Assembly (NCBI GenBank): GCA_016748015.1
Contig: JAAOMT010000416.1
Coordinates: 1 to 30,150, forward strand
Reading direction: 5' to 3'
DNA from: Geosiphon pyriformis uo1
Lineage: Eukaryota; Fungi; Glomeromycota
DNA: 30,150 nt
Part shown: in pieces, positions 1 to 11,289 of the stretch
Numbering within the stretch: position 1 is the stretch's first letter
Layout of the letters: each line of letters begins with the position of its first letter
Notes under the pieces: model-generated
Told to the model about the DNA's origin: nothing
Databases searched by the model: none
Seen by the model: only the letters and a program-made list of their open reading frames with translations
Program-made: the position numbers and the translations under genes

Positions 1-759
1 GAAAAGATAGAAAAAACAGATTATAAAAAAATAAACCAATAAGAAAATTGTAATTAATGAATAAATACATTTTTAAAAATAAGCACATTTCTAAAAGTAG
101 CACAAAAAAAAGTAGAAATGTGTAAAATTTTATATAATACAAATTATGTATATATAGCAAAAGTATTAAAAGCAAAAAAAACAGAACAGTAATAATTAAT
201 TAATAGTCAACAAATATTTTTTTTTTTAAAAAATAGTTTTTTATAATTTAAAGTAAAATTATATTAATATCAATAAAAATATCTATTACTATTCAATTTA
301 TATTATTATTGCTTGATTAAAAAATATTAATTACTTTTATACTATCAACAATTTATGTTAATAAAATTCAATACTTAACTATACTAGACTAATAACTCTT
401 GATTATGACTATTGACAAGATACCAATTTTTTATTTGGTTTTATTATTTACTAATTGATTAAAAAATTAAGCACTGAGTAATTAATATCAAAAATAGTCT
501 GGTAAAAAACTCATAAAACAAGAATAGAAAACTTAAGAATAGCTTACTAAAAAAACATAATTGTTAGATTAAACAAATTATTATGCTAAAAACAGAAATT
601 GAGAAAAAATCATTACTTGAATTTTTATTTATTATACAAAAAACTTAACCAAAACCTTTAGATACCAAAATCTTCAAAAATTATTATTAAGAATAACTAT
701 TAAGCATCAAGTTACAGATTTGTTATTTGTTTTAACATTTCTAATAATTATCTGTAATA
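1..759 (+). repeat. 5' LTR of Ty3/Gypsy element A (left end just outside the window)
   Basis: Reverse-complement match to 18114-18931. Ends TGTAATA (decayed GCAACA, the inverse of the TGTTGC start seen in copy A'), followed by a PBS-like TTTGGTGCT. Confidence 0.8.
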
Positions 760-775
760 TTTGGTGCTTTTTATA
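760..775 (+). promoter_or_regulatory. Primer-binding site of element A
   Basis: TTTGGTGCTTT directly after the LTR end; TGG pairs with tRNA 3' CCA. The same motif occurs at 3350 and on the minus strand at ~18100-18113. Confidence 0.7.
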
Positions 776-789
776 AGATATAATCTAAC

Positions 790-2421
790 AGAAAACCAGT
801 ATTAATATCTACTATTCAAAATAGTAGCAAAATTTGAAATAATAAAAACAAATCACTTGAGATTTACAAAAACTTTATTTCAATATTATCAAACTCATCT
901 TAAATTAACAAGTAATTATTGGCCAGCAGAATTAACTTTTAACTTTTATGTTAATAAAAAAATTATATTCTATTAAAAGACCAAGAAAATTCAAAAACCA
1001 CTTTCATTTATTTCTATAGTAAATTATTTTAAAACACTACATTTCCACAAAATTATCTGTTTATTACATTAATCTTATTATCTTTGCAAACAAAGAAAAA
1101 AAACGTTATAAATCTTAGCAGAAACACCAAAAAAAATATAACTGCTTATCTGAAAAAAACCAAGAGTTATTTTACTTATCTATTCATCATATTATTATAG
1201 GCCCAAAAGCACTATTTAGATAATATTAATAATTATATCTACATCAAAAATACCATTAGCATAAATACTATTTTAAAGTAATTAAAAAAAAACTAAACTA
1301 TTAAAAATCTATAACAATTTATTCAAAAAATTTAAATTACAACTAACAACTTTATTAGAACTCTAAACATTGCTACTTTAATCAAATTTCGAATTTATCA
1401 GTAATTAAGCAAAAACTGAATCAAAAGAAAAAGAAAACAACAATCAAAAAAACAACTATTAAAACCTAATTCTAAATAATCCAGAAGTTTAAACTTAGCA
1501 AAACCCAAAAAATTCAAACTTTACTCCTATTGTTAACAATAATTTATCTTCAGTTATCTAAATTAATTCTTCTATTATACTAATAGTCATTTCTATTAAT
1601 TACTAATTAACTTATTTTTAGAACAAATAGCATATGTATTAATTATTAAACTTAAAAAATTTACCAATAAAGAAATAACACCTAAGCCTAATTAAATGAT
1701 GTGGTAAAAGCTATTGCAACCAATGAATAAAATAACACTAAAGCTATTTAATAATTCTCTACTTTTTACAAGATATTATTAACTTGTAATATTAAAGTCT
1801 AGTTAACAAACCACAAACTTTTAACACATTTTAAGTTGTGTTTCTACAATATTTCAGTAATTACAACAGCATTAATTGGTTATTAACTGGTTTTATTACA
1901 ATTAAGCAAAATAATAACAAAGCAATTATCACTTATTTAGGACACTTTTACAAAAATTTATGTTAAATTCAAGCAATTAATATTGATTATTTTACAATAT
2001 TACAGATTTTGAATCAATTTATTTATAGATTATGCAGCGATTTATTATAACAAATATGCTTATTATATTTAAACACATTTCAAAGCACAGTTACTTACAT
2101 CAAAGATTTTGAGTTAGCTAAACTCAAAGCCAATTACACCCAAACTGTAAATCTAGTAATAAACAAATCATTTGAGTTAGATACTAAATTAAAACAATTT
2201 AAAGAAACAATTAACCAGAAAATTGAGAAATATTTAACTAATAATTAAACAATTTATCAGTTTTTTCAATATTATAATAATCTAGAAAACTATAATAGTG
2301 GTTCTAATTAATTATATCTATCATTATTAAATCAATTATAACAACAAGAAATATGTATCTGTTATTACTGTAGTAAACAAAAACACTTAAAAATAGATTG
2401 TAGAACAAAATTAAATAACCA
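790..2421 (+). pseudogene. gag: Degenerate gag of element A (capsid-like core plus CCHC knuckle)
   Basis: Stop-riddled frames include ILNQFIYRLCS (~2006-2038) and a knuckle relic CYYCSKQKHLKIDC (~2360-2401). Colinear with the minus-strand copy at ~16410-18090. Confidence 0.8.
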
Positions 2422-3349
2422 ATTAATTAGCATAAAATTACTCTTCTAATTTCTAACATTAATTAGTACATATTATTATTATTTTAATTATCACTTATTA
2501 GTTAATCAAATTATCAAATATTATTATTCAATTAATAATTTGATTTGTACTATAGAAATTAAGATAATTAAATTACACAATATCCTGAACCATTTAATAT
2601 TCATAATTGGCCAAAATTAGTAGAAATTGGTTGAAATAATTAATAGTTTGTAGAAATAACTTGTAGTTTGCTAAAATATATCTTTAATTTGCCAAAATAT
2701 AGCAAAAAAAAAATGCAAATTCAAAAACTAGTACTACAGCAAGTTGTATAAAAGAAGAGCTTCTCTCTTCAAGAAAATGTATCTTACTTTAAATATCTTA
2801 ATTAGAACAAATCATCTTTTATATATTCTTACAAAATTAAATAAAAATTAAATATTCAAAAACCAAATTCTTAATTATTATACTTGAAATTCACAAAACC
2901 CAACTAATATTTTAAAATTAATTAACTACTAATTTCAATAATCTATTAGTAACTTTAGGCCTGGATAGAAAATGTTTCCTTTGGCAACATTTTATTTCTT
3001 TTACATTTTTTTTATTTTTTTTTACTTTTTTTATCATAATCTTTAAGATAGTCTACAAATAAAATTCTTGTAAAAAAGTTAACTTTCACAGCAAAGTAAT
3101 TAAACATTTTTAGTGAGCTTCCAAATAAGCAATTTCTGGAAAAGAGTTGATGTTTATTACAACATAACTATATAAAGTAATTGGCATAGAATTGACTATT
3201 CCACTTATAAGTCCAGCAGTTCAAATTATAGAAGATAATTTAAAAATAAATTCAATTATTAAAGGTCTAATTACTTTTAAAAAACGTGAATTCACAGTCA
3301 ATAGGCATTAACAACATTCAAAAAAAGAGACCAAAAACTTCCAGTAATA
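2422..3349 (+). repeat. 5' LTR of element B (first ~22 nt missing)
   Basis: Direct repeat of 11312-12228. Ends CCAGTAATA, a decayed inverse of the TGTTACTAG start of the 3' LTR. Confidence 0.9.
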
Positions 3350-3363
3350 TTTGGTGCTCTCTT
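3350..3363 (+). promoter_or_regulatory. Primer-binding site of element B
   Basis: TTTGGTGCTCTC directly after the LTR end. Confidence 0.7.
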
Positions 3364-3399
3364 ACTAAAATAATACAGCAATAACAACTTCAAAGTGGT

Positions 3400-5250
3400 G
3401 ATTACACCAAACACAATAACTCTAAAGTATTATTAGTCGATTTACACTCATTGCAAGCAAAGATTTAACATCCAAAACGGAATCAAAATTCTTAAGAAAA
3501 CATTATACTAATACATCAAAAATTGCATCAACAATTATTCTTTTGAAAACTACAGCATTTCAGAAATCAGAAGCCATTTTTATAAAAATTTATTATATTA
3601 TTCTAACTTGGAAACTAAAAACCTTAATAGTGAAATACTTAAAACCTATTTTTATAAACTCAACTATAATATTATTTAGTATTGTAAAAAAAATACCCAG
3701 TACAGTCCAAATACTCTTTTGATTTTGAATTAGAACCAGAAAACAGCAACAGTAAAAAACAGAAAAAAAAACTATTTCAAGTTTGCCATATAACACACAA
3801 CACACCAAAAACAACTGCCAAATACTTATAAACATCTAAACAAAAAACCAGTGCCAAATTACTATTTTCTATTATACTATTTCTAATTTCATTTGCTCAA
3901 CCACAAACTCTTAACTCACTATTTATCCAGTTCTTAAGACTAAAAGATTTTTAGTTACCTAAAAGTTCTACTCAACAGCAGAAACCAATATCAACCAGCA
4001 CTGATCTTCTTGATTACTTAGAAGAAAACCAAAGTAATCATTCAGAGAACTTAGAAAGTAAAGAAACCAAATCAAAACAAGAAGAAACTACTGAAAACAA
4101 AAAAGAAATAGCAACTACATACATTGTAAAAATCACTGAATTTACAGAAAAAAATGCTAATACCAGCCCACAAGAATGAATTGACAAAGTCCAGAAAGCA
4201 GAAAATACAAACAGATAAAATACAACAAAAATATTAAAAACAATCTCATACTTTTTCTAAGGAACAGCAGGAGAATGGTTTGAAAATCTGACTGAACCTT
4301 TTGAAAACTAGCAAAACATTCAAAGATGCTTTTTTAGAGCAATTTACTAACAACAACACCTCTGTTACTATCTGAAATTGCTTTCATAATATCAAACAAA
4401 AATTATCTGAAACTGTTATGACTTATTTTAGGAGGTTTAACAAACTTCTTAGATGAATTCAACAATTAGAAACCAATAACTATTACTTCAATGCTCAGAT
4501 TTTGGATCAGTTTATTGCAGAATTGAAAGATAAATTAATTAAAAAATTTTGCTTTTATATTTCAACAGACTTAACTACAGTTATACAATATGTAAAAAAC
4601 TATAAAATGACTATAGAAAAAGCAAATTGAACAAAACTTGTAAATTTTGCTATGAAAAAAACCAGCTCAACAGCTAAAGAAAAAATTGACCAACTCACAA
4701 AAAAGATCAAAAATTATTTCACCAATTAACAACAACAGCAACAACTACAAGAATATAAGCCACCCCAATAATACAATCAAAACAATTACTCCTTATTACC
4801 TAATAATTAATTACAAAGCTGTCACTATTATAAAATTCTAGAACATTGAAAATAAGATTGCAAAAGATTACAATAAAACCAATAAAACACGAAAAATCAA
4901 CATTACTTTTTATTACAACAATTTTATTACCAATTTTTACCATCAACTTATTACTTACCAAGACCACAAAATTAAAACAGTTACTATTAATTTGCTTTAC
5001 AATCTATATAACAGCAATATTAGCAACTTCTACCAATTTAGCAATATCAATCACTATTAACTCAACAATATCAAATACCTGCTTAAAAATTGGTTTAACA
5101 AAACCAATTTACATCTCAAAATTATTTTCAGAGTAACAATAACAAAATCAATTCAAACAACCAGTTGGTTCCTCAAAATTTTGGTTAACAAAGATCTAAT
5201 CACTATTATACTCAACCAAGTTACTTAACCATGCTTAAAAAACAGGATTT
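3400..5250 (+). pseudogene. gag: Degenerate gag of element B
   Basis: GTAGEWFENL at 4261-4290, QILDQFIAELKDKL at ~4496-4537, a poly-Q tract at ~4730-4750, and a knuckle relic CHYYKILEH*K*DC at ~4819-4861. Confidence 0.85.
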
Positions 5251-5429
5251 TTAACAAATTGCACTTTCTGAAAGTAAAGCTACAGCAATAAGATCAAACT
5301 CTTTTAACAATACTATTCCATCAACTCAAATTGCTCAAAATACCAACTTCTTAAACATATTTTCATTCGAATTTGAAGCCAATGAATCACCATTCTTGCT
5401 TAGTAATACAGCAGTTAATGAATAAAAAA

Positions 5430-5790
5430 CAATTACAACTATATATACTGAAGCTGAAGTAGTAAAAAAACAAATCTATTTAATTTTAGACAGCCAATCT
5501 GCTAAAAGTATTATCATCTATTAATTGATACAACAGCTTAGAAAAAATGTTGACAAATTAGCTCAAACTGTAATTGTTATAAAAAAAACCTTCATAAAAG
5601 AAATTGACAACTTTTTATTCACCATTAATGAAATTATTATTCCAGTCAAAATTTTAATCATAGATGTATCCCTATATTAAGCTTTTTTTAGAAATAATTG
5701 GCTTTTCAAGGCCAATACAAATTTAGATTGAAAAACCCAGAAATTGAATATTTCTTATTAAAACCAATATACTTAAGTATTTACTACTTT
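5430..5790 (+). pseudogene. Retropepsin-type aspartic protease of element B (degenerate)
   Basis: LILDSQSAKSII at ~5480-5515 (restored LILDSGSAGSII); downstream RNNWL at ~5690-5703 (restored GNDWL). Confidence 0.85.
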
Positions 5791-5994
5791 TAATATTTTC
5801 AACAAATAAACAAAAAAACCCCAGTATTTGAATTTGAAGAGGAGAAAGAAATGCCAATTACCAAAACCTTTATGGCTTTTAAATTACCATCTAATTGGAC
5901 TAAAGAAATAGAACAAAAAAGTTTTGAAAAAACTAGAAGATAGAATATTGTTTGTTATTTTATACCAGAACCATAAAAACAACCACTCTATATA

Positions 5995-6610
5995 TTACTC
6001 AAATACAAAGATTGCAACAAAATACTTTTATTAATAAGAATATATATATTTTCAAAAAAAAATATAAAACTTTACACCTACTACTTTTGCAAAGTCTGTC
6101 ATAAAAAACGATTTGGATATCTCAAATAAAGTGAAAAATAAGACAAAATTTTTTGTTTTACATATAAAAAAATATTATCAAAAAAATACAACTGGATTGA
6201 CATTGCAATGAGAGAAAAAGTATGTGGCCAAACTTGTTAATACACTTTATTCATTGCAAAAAAAGTAAAAAAAAGGAATCTCATTTGATGTTGCTTACAA
6301 CAGTGCCCTCAACAAACTATATTATTATCTACATAATGCTAAAATAATTTATGAACTAGCCATAATTCTGATCAATAGAGAAACCCAAAAAGATATTCAC
6401 CAAATGAAAGAAACTGAATACATTAAGTACATAATAGAATGAGCTAGACTTAACTATAAAAATAAAGTAAAAACATATTACCAAATTGTAAGTTACACTT
6501 ATTTGACCCAAGAAGTTCAAATTCAATAATTAAAGCAAATAAACATTTAATTATGTGAAGAATACATCATGTCTTGTAATAACAAATAGTGTTCAAAATG
6601 TTATGCTTTT
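5995..6610 (+). pseudogene. Cys-rich domain of unknown function within pol of element B
   Basis: LKYKDCNK (~5998), YFCKVCH (~6082), VCGQTC (~6220) and LCEEYIMSCNNK*CSKCY (~6551). A homolog sits at the same position in A'. Confidence 0.65.
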
Positions 6611-6719
6611 AGCATTTTCTTGCTCAATGAAAATGACCAGAAAGAAATTGTGTTTAGAAAATCAAAATCCAAAGAAAAAATTGCAACAACTCTAATCTAT
6701 TTTAAAAATCAACCAGCTC

Positions 6720-7150
6720 TATAATTTAAATATTTTGACAATAGTAATCAAAAAATCAAGCCTGAGAAAGTTCATGAAATTAATATAAGATATAATCTAC
6801 AATATTTTGGCAAAGATACTTTGGTTCTTCAACCAAAGTTTCTTACCAAAATTAATCTAAAAATTGCTCTTGAAATTTTACTTAGAGCAATGGTACAAAT
6901 TGCTTTCTAATTATCATTGACAAGTAAAAAAATCAATGTTAAAAAAAGAGTTATAGATACAAGATATATAAAAAACATTACCATAATACTACAAAATGAA
7001 ATTAAGAAACCATTTAGAATAAAACATTACTGAAAAATTTGCACAAGCTATTTATTTACTCCTAATTAACATTTCAGAATTACAATTAGTTAACAACAGA
7101 AAACAATTAGAAAAAAGTGAAAAAGAAACTTAAAGTTTTGGTTTAACTGA
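6720..7150 (+). pseudogene. Trimeric dUTPase domain within pol of element B (degenerate)
   Basis: All five motifs in order: INIRYNL (DAGYDL), F*LSL (SRSSL), KRVIDTRYIKNI (GGVIDAGYTGDI), KFAQAI (KIAQ), EKET*SFGLTE (ERGTQGFGSTG). Confidence 0.85.
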
Positions 7151-7699
7151 ACAATTTACAGTTTTAGTAAACATAGCTTTTAATATATAAAATAAATCTT
7201 ACCAAATTCTTTGACTTTTCTAATTAATTACTATTTTACTTTATAAAGAACATTATAAAATCTACACTTGCTTAAAACTTATTACTATTCAACAAATCTT
7301 TGAATCAAATAAACAAATCTGTTTAAAGCACAAAATTTGAATCTCAAACGTTTATATTCCACAAAAAATGAAAAAATTTTGAGTTATATTCTACAATCCT
7401 AACAATTACTCTATTATTTTATTAAATAAATTAGAAATTAGAATCATATATAGCAATATTTTTTAAGATAAAAACTCTCAAATTGTTTTTAATTTCATTG
7501 AAATTGTAAAATATACACTACTTTCCAACTCAAACATCATCTTTATTACTGAAAACTACTATATAATAGAAGAAAAGCTTTTTCAAATTAATATAAGTCT
7601 CTTAAAACTTTAACAACAAAGACAATTAAAACAGTTAATAGCTGAATTTGTTAATATATTTGTAAAAAACAACAATAATTTAGGAAAAACAAATATTGT

Positions 7700-8600
7700 T
7701 TAACACCAAATCTATACAGGAGATGTTTTACCAAAATGGCAACAAGCTTACTGAGTTTACTTTCTAGCCACCAATTTATCAGAGAAGAGATCCAAAGAAT
7801 GCTTAAAAATGAATTGATTCAATTATCAAGAAATTTATAGACCTTATTAATACTTTTTGTCAAAAAAAAATTGGAAAAATCAGATTTTGTGTTGATTATC
7901 AACAATTGAATAGTGTTACAATTGGAGATACATACCTACTTTTAAGAATCAATAACATGTTAAATGCTTTGGAAAAAGCAAAGTTCTTTTCAACATTAAA
8001 CTTAGAAAGTAGATATTGACAAGTTGAAATAAATTCTAAAAACTGTCTCAAAACAGCATTTATAACTTAAAGAAAAAACTATAAGTTTAATATTATACTA
8101 TTTAAACTTTATAATGCATTAGCAAAATTTCAGTGACTTATAGATGTTGTTTATAAAAAACTCTTATGGTAATTAATTGTTGTCTATTTTGATAATACTA
8201 ATGTGTATTCTTCAAGCTTTGAAGCTTATTTGATTTACCTGTAAGAAGTTTTTTAATGATTATAAAAAGCAAGATTAAAATTGAACATTGAAAAATGTCA
8301 CTTTGGAAAAACAAATTTGATTTTTCTTGGTTATATTGTCAATAAAAATAGAGTATCATCCAATCCAAAAACAATTAGTGCTGTAAAAAACTTTAAGACT
8401 TCCTAAAATACCACAAAACTGAAAAAATTTGTTAGTTTAGCTTTCTACTATTGGAAATTTATTAAAGAATTTTCAGAAATTGCCAAACTTTTTAATTATT
8501 TTATCAACAAAAATGTTAAATACCAATGGACTTTAGCACAACAAACTGTATTCAATATTCTTAAAAAAAAACTTATAACAGCATTAATATTTGCTTATCC
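7700..8600 (+). pseudogene. Ty3/Gypsy reverse transcriptase of element B (degenerate)
   Basis: RFCVDYQQLN (~7882), TLNLESRY*QV (~7993), KTAF (~8051), VYFDNTNVYS (8182-8211; the YLDD motif) and FLGYIV (~8323). Confidence 0.92.
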
Positions 8601-8985
8601 AGACTTTAATAAATAATTCCAGTTAATTATTGATGCTTTATATATAGCTTTTGGTGCTATTTTATCATAATTAGATAACAATAACAATTAACAAGTAATT
8701 GTCTATACCAGTAGAACATTCAAATCAACAAAACTCAAATATGGCTCAACAGAATTAGAAGCTGTTACAATTATTTAGACTCTCAAATATTTTCAACAAT
8801 ACTTAAAAAATAGGAAAAAATTTGATATTATAACTAATAATATTGGTCTTAAATAGCTCAATAAAAAGAAATCTGAACAAAGTGCCAAACAATTTCAATG
8901 AAATGATTTTCTAGCAGACTACAAATATATTGTACATCACAAACCTAAAAAATTACATATTAATGTTAATAGTTTTTTAAAAATA
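8600..8985 (+). pseudogene. RNase H of element B (degenerate)
   Basis: FQLIIDALYIAFGAILS (~8617; restored TDAS..GAIL), YGSTELEAVTII*TL (~8740) and FDIITNN (~8821). Confidence 0.88.
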
Positions 8986-9249
8986 AGACAAGATTAACAC
9001 CAACAGCAATTTTACTACAACTTACTAATTTATTAATAAATAATAATTAAACAACAATAAACTTTAAAACTACAATATCAAAAATTATTTGGAAACTCTT
9101 ACCATGCCAAAAAATTAGTCTCTAATTAAAAAATACTGATTACAACACCAAACAAAACAATACTTTATTTACCATAACAAAATCTATTATTAAAATTGCA
9201 AAAACTCATCCAACTTATTCAGATTAGTTCAATAAAACAAAAAAGAAAC

Positions 9250-10300
9250 AATTTTATACAATATGTATACAAATACTTCATTAAGACATCTAGAAAAAAA
9301 TAGCACAATACAAAGAATACTTGAACATTATTTTTGGCCCAGATGTAAAAAAAACATTCAATGGTATATAAAATCATGTGATAATTATCAAAAAAGAAGA
9401 GAAATTCGACTTATTGAATTTCTAAATTCAATCAAAGTTGAACAATCTTTTGACAGAGTTGGTATTAATTTAGTTAAATTACTACTTATTACAAACCAAA
9501 AAACTGTTATATTATAGTTGCAATAGATTATTTTACCAAATGGCTTAAAGCCAGAGTTATCTAAAGAGCAAATGCCAAATTAGTAGCAAATTTCATTTAT
9601 GAAAAGATTATTTGTAGATATAGATGCCCAATTGAACTTTTATCAGACCAAAAAACCCATTTTGTGATCAATCTAATACAAAAAATTTGTGAACAATTTA
9701 ATATCAAAAGACTTTTATTATTATCTTATTACCCATAAACAAATAAACTTATAGAATATTTCAACAAAACATTGTGTAAATCATTAGTCAAAATCTAAAC
9801 TGATTTTGAGCAGAAATAGAATATTTTTATTTTATTAGTATTACTAACATATAAAATACTAAAACAAAATACAATAAAGCATACATTATTTGATTAGACT
9901 TATAGAAAAATAACAACATTACAAATTAATTTTACAGTAGAAACATATCCAGTACAACCAATTACTAAAAAAAACTTCCAAGAAATACTTTAACAAAGAG
10001 CTTACACCCTGCTTAGCATTTTAAAAGGAAAACAATAAATAGCAGCAATTCATATTAAACATTTTTAAGCTTAACAAAAAAAATGGCATAATAACAAATT
10101 TTTATTAGTTACCAATGAATTTAAAATTGAAAACAAAGTTCTTTTACACAGAACTAAGGCTAAAAAACAATAAAATGAGAAATTTAAACATAAATAAGAT
10201 GTACTATTCTATATTTATGAAATTTAAGACAATAAATCATACAAGTTAAGACTTGATAACAAAGTTTTAGTAAAAGTTGCACATAGTAATTAATTAAAAC
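9250..10300 (+). pseudogene. Integrase of element B (HHCC, DDE core, GPY/F tail; degenerate)
   Basis: ORF 9263-9517 contains HYFWP..YIKSCDNYQ and FDRVGINLV. Further motifs: VAIDYFTKW (~9518), LLSDQKTHF (~9637), YP*TNKLIEYFNKTL (~9730). Confidence 0.92.
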
Positions 10301-10604
10301 ACTATCAGTCCAAAAATTATTTTGAACTACTAATTCCACAAATTGGTATGCATTTTTTTTTAATTAATCTTGAAAATATTTCCTGAAAAATAGAACCAAA
10401 AGTTGTAGTAAAACAACAACCAAACTTGAATACTTAATTTAATATTATTCATAATAATTTTTTTTAATAATACAAACATAAAACAAAAATAGTAAATAAT
10501 TACAAAAAATATCTAAACCCAAAAACACATAGAAAATCTTATACCCAAAAATAATTTCTTTTATTTTTTTTTAAATTTTATTCTTAGTTAGTTATTTTTT
10601 TATT

Positions 10605-11255
10605 ATGATTATTTCCCAAAACATTCAACAATTATCTCAAAATTAATGTTAGCTTTAAAAACACTTCCTGACTTATCTATAACAATTAATAAAAGTTAAA
10701 TGAATTTTATCTAAAAAAAAACTATAACACTAGTAGTACATAATTCTCAGAATTATTATTCTTATAGAAGAAACACAAAAAGTTATTTTGAAAGTTATTT
10801 ACCAGAACTTTTAAAGCAAGCTCTAAAAAAAATTTTTTAATTTTTTCTATTAATATTTTACCAAATACCACAATCTAACAAAAACTTTTACTATTTCTCA
10901 ATGAACAAAACAATAACCATACTCCTATTTATAGACATTTTTATATTGAAAGAATACTTTATAAACAAAAACTAGAACTTGAAACAACAAACTTCATTTT
11001 TGAAGTTATACAAAAACAAATTCACAACAAATCAAGACAGCAGCTGGACTAACAAATATTTGCTACAAACTTAGAGCAGCTCTTAAACTTTATGATTTAT
11101 TTAATACTTGTGAAAATATCTTACAAAATCCAATACTTCAACCAATGAAAATACAATACATTGACAAACTTACAAAACTAAAATTTCAACAATTTTCAGA
11201 CCAAATTACTACAATTATTTTGGATCACTATCTCAATATTACAGATAGTACTTGA
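10605..11255 (+). pseudogene. Extra ORF relic between integrase and the 3' LTR (env position), function unknown
   Basis: ATG at 10605. Long protein-like frames TPIYRHFYIERILYKQKLELETTNFIFEVIQKQIHNKSRQQLD and ENILQNPILQPMKIQYIDKL...ITTIILDHYLNITDST, ending at TGA 11253-11255. Confidence 0.55.
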
Positions 11256-11276
11256 ACTTTAATGGAGCTCAGTTTT

Positions 11277-11286
11277 GAGAAGAAAA
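11277..11286 (+). promoter_or_regulatory. Polypurine tract of element B (G>A eroded)
   Basis: TTTT-GAGAAGAAAA ending 3 nt upstream of the 3' LTR TG. Confidence 0.65.
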
Positions 11287-11289
11287 TTA

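Noticed and set aside
3593-3835. Hydrophobic 80-aa minus-strand ORF resembling a membrane protein
   Set aside because: Antisense to the A-rich gag of element B; the F/L/I richness is compositional.
4846-5136. 96-aa ORF
   Set aside because: Alternative frame of the Q/P/N-rich gag C-terminus.
6720-7150. dUTPase as a counter-defence against the observed C>T hypermutation
   Set aside because: dUTPase acts on the nucleotide pool and would not prevent deamination of cytosine in DNA; both dUTPase copies are themselves mutated.
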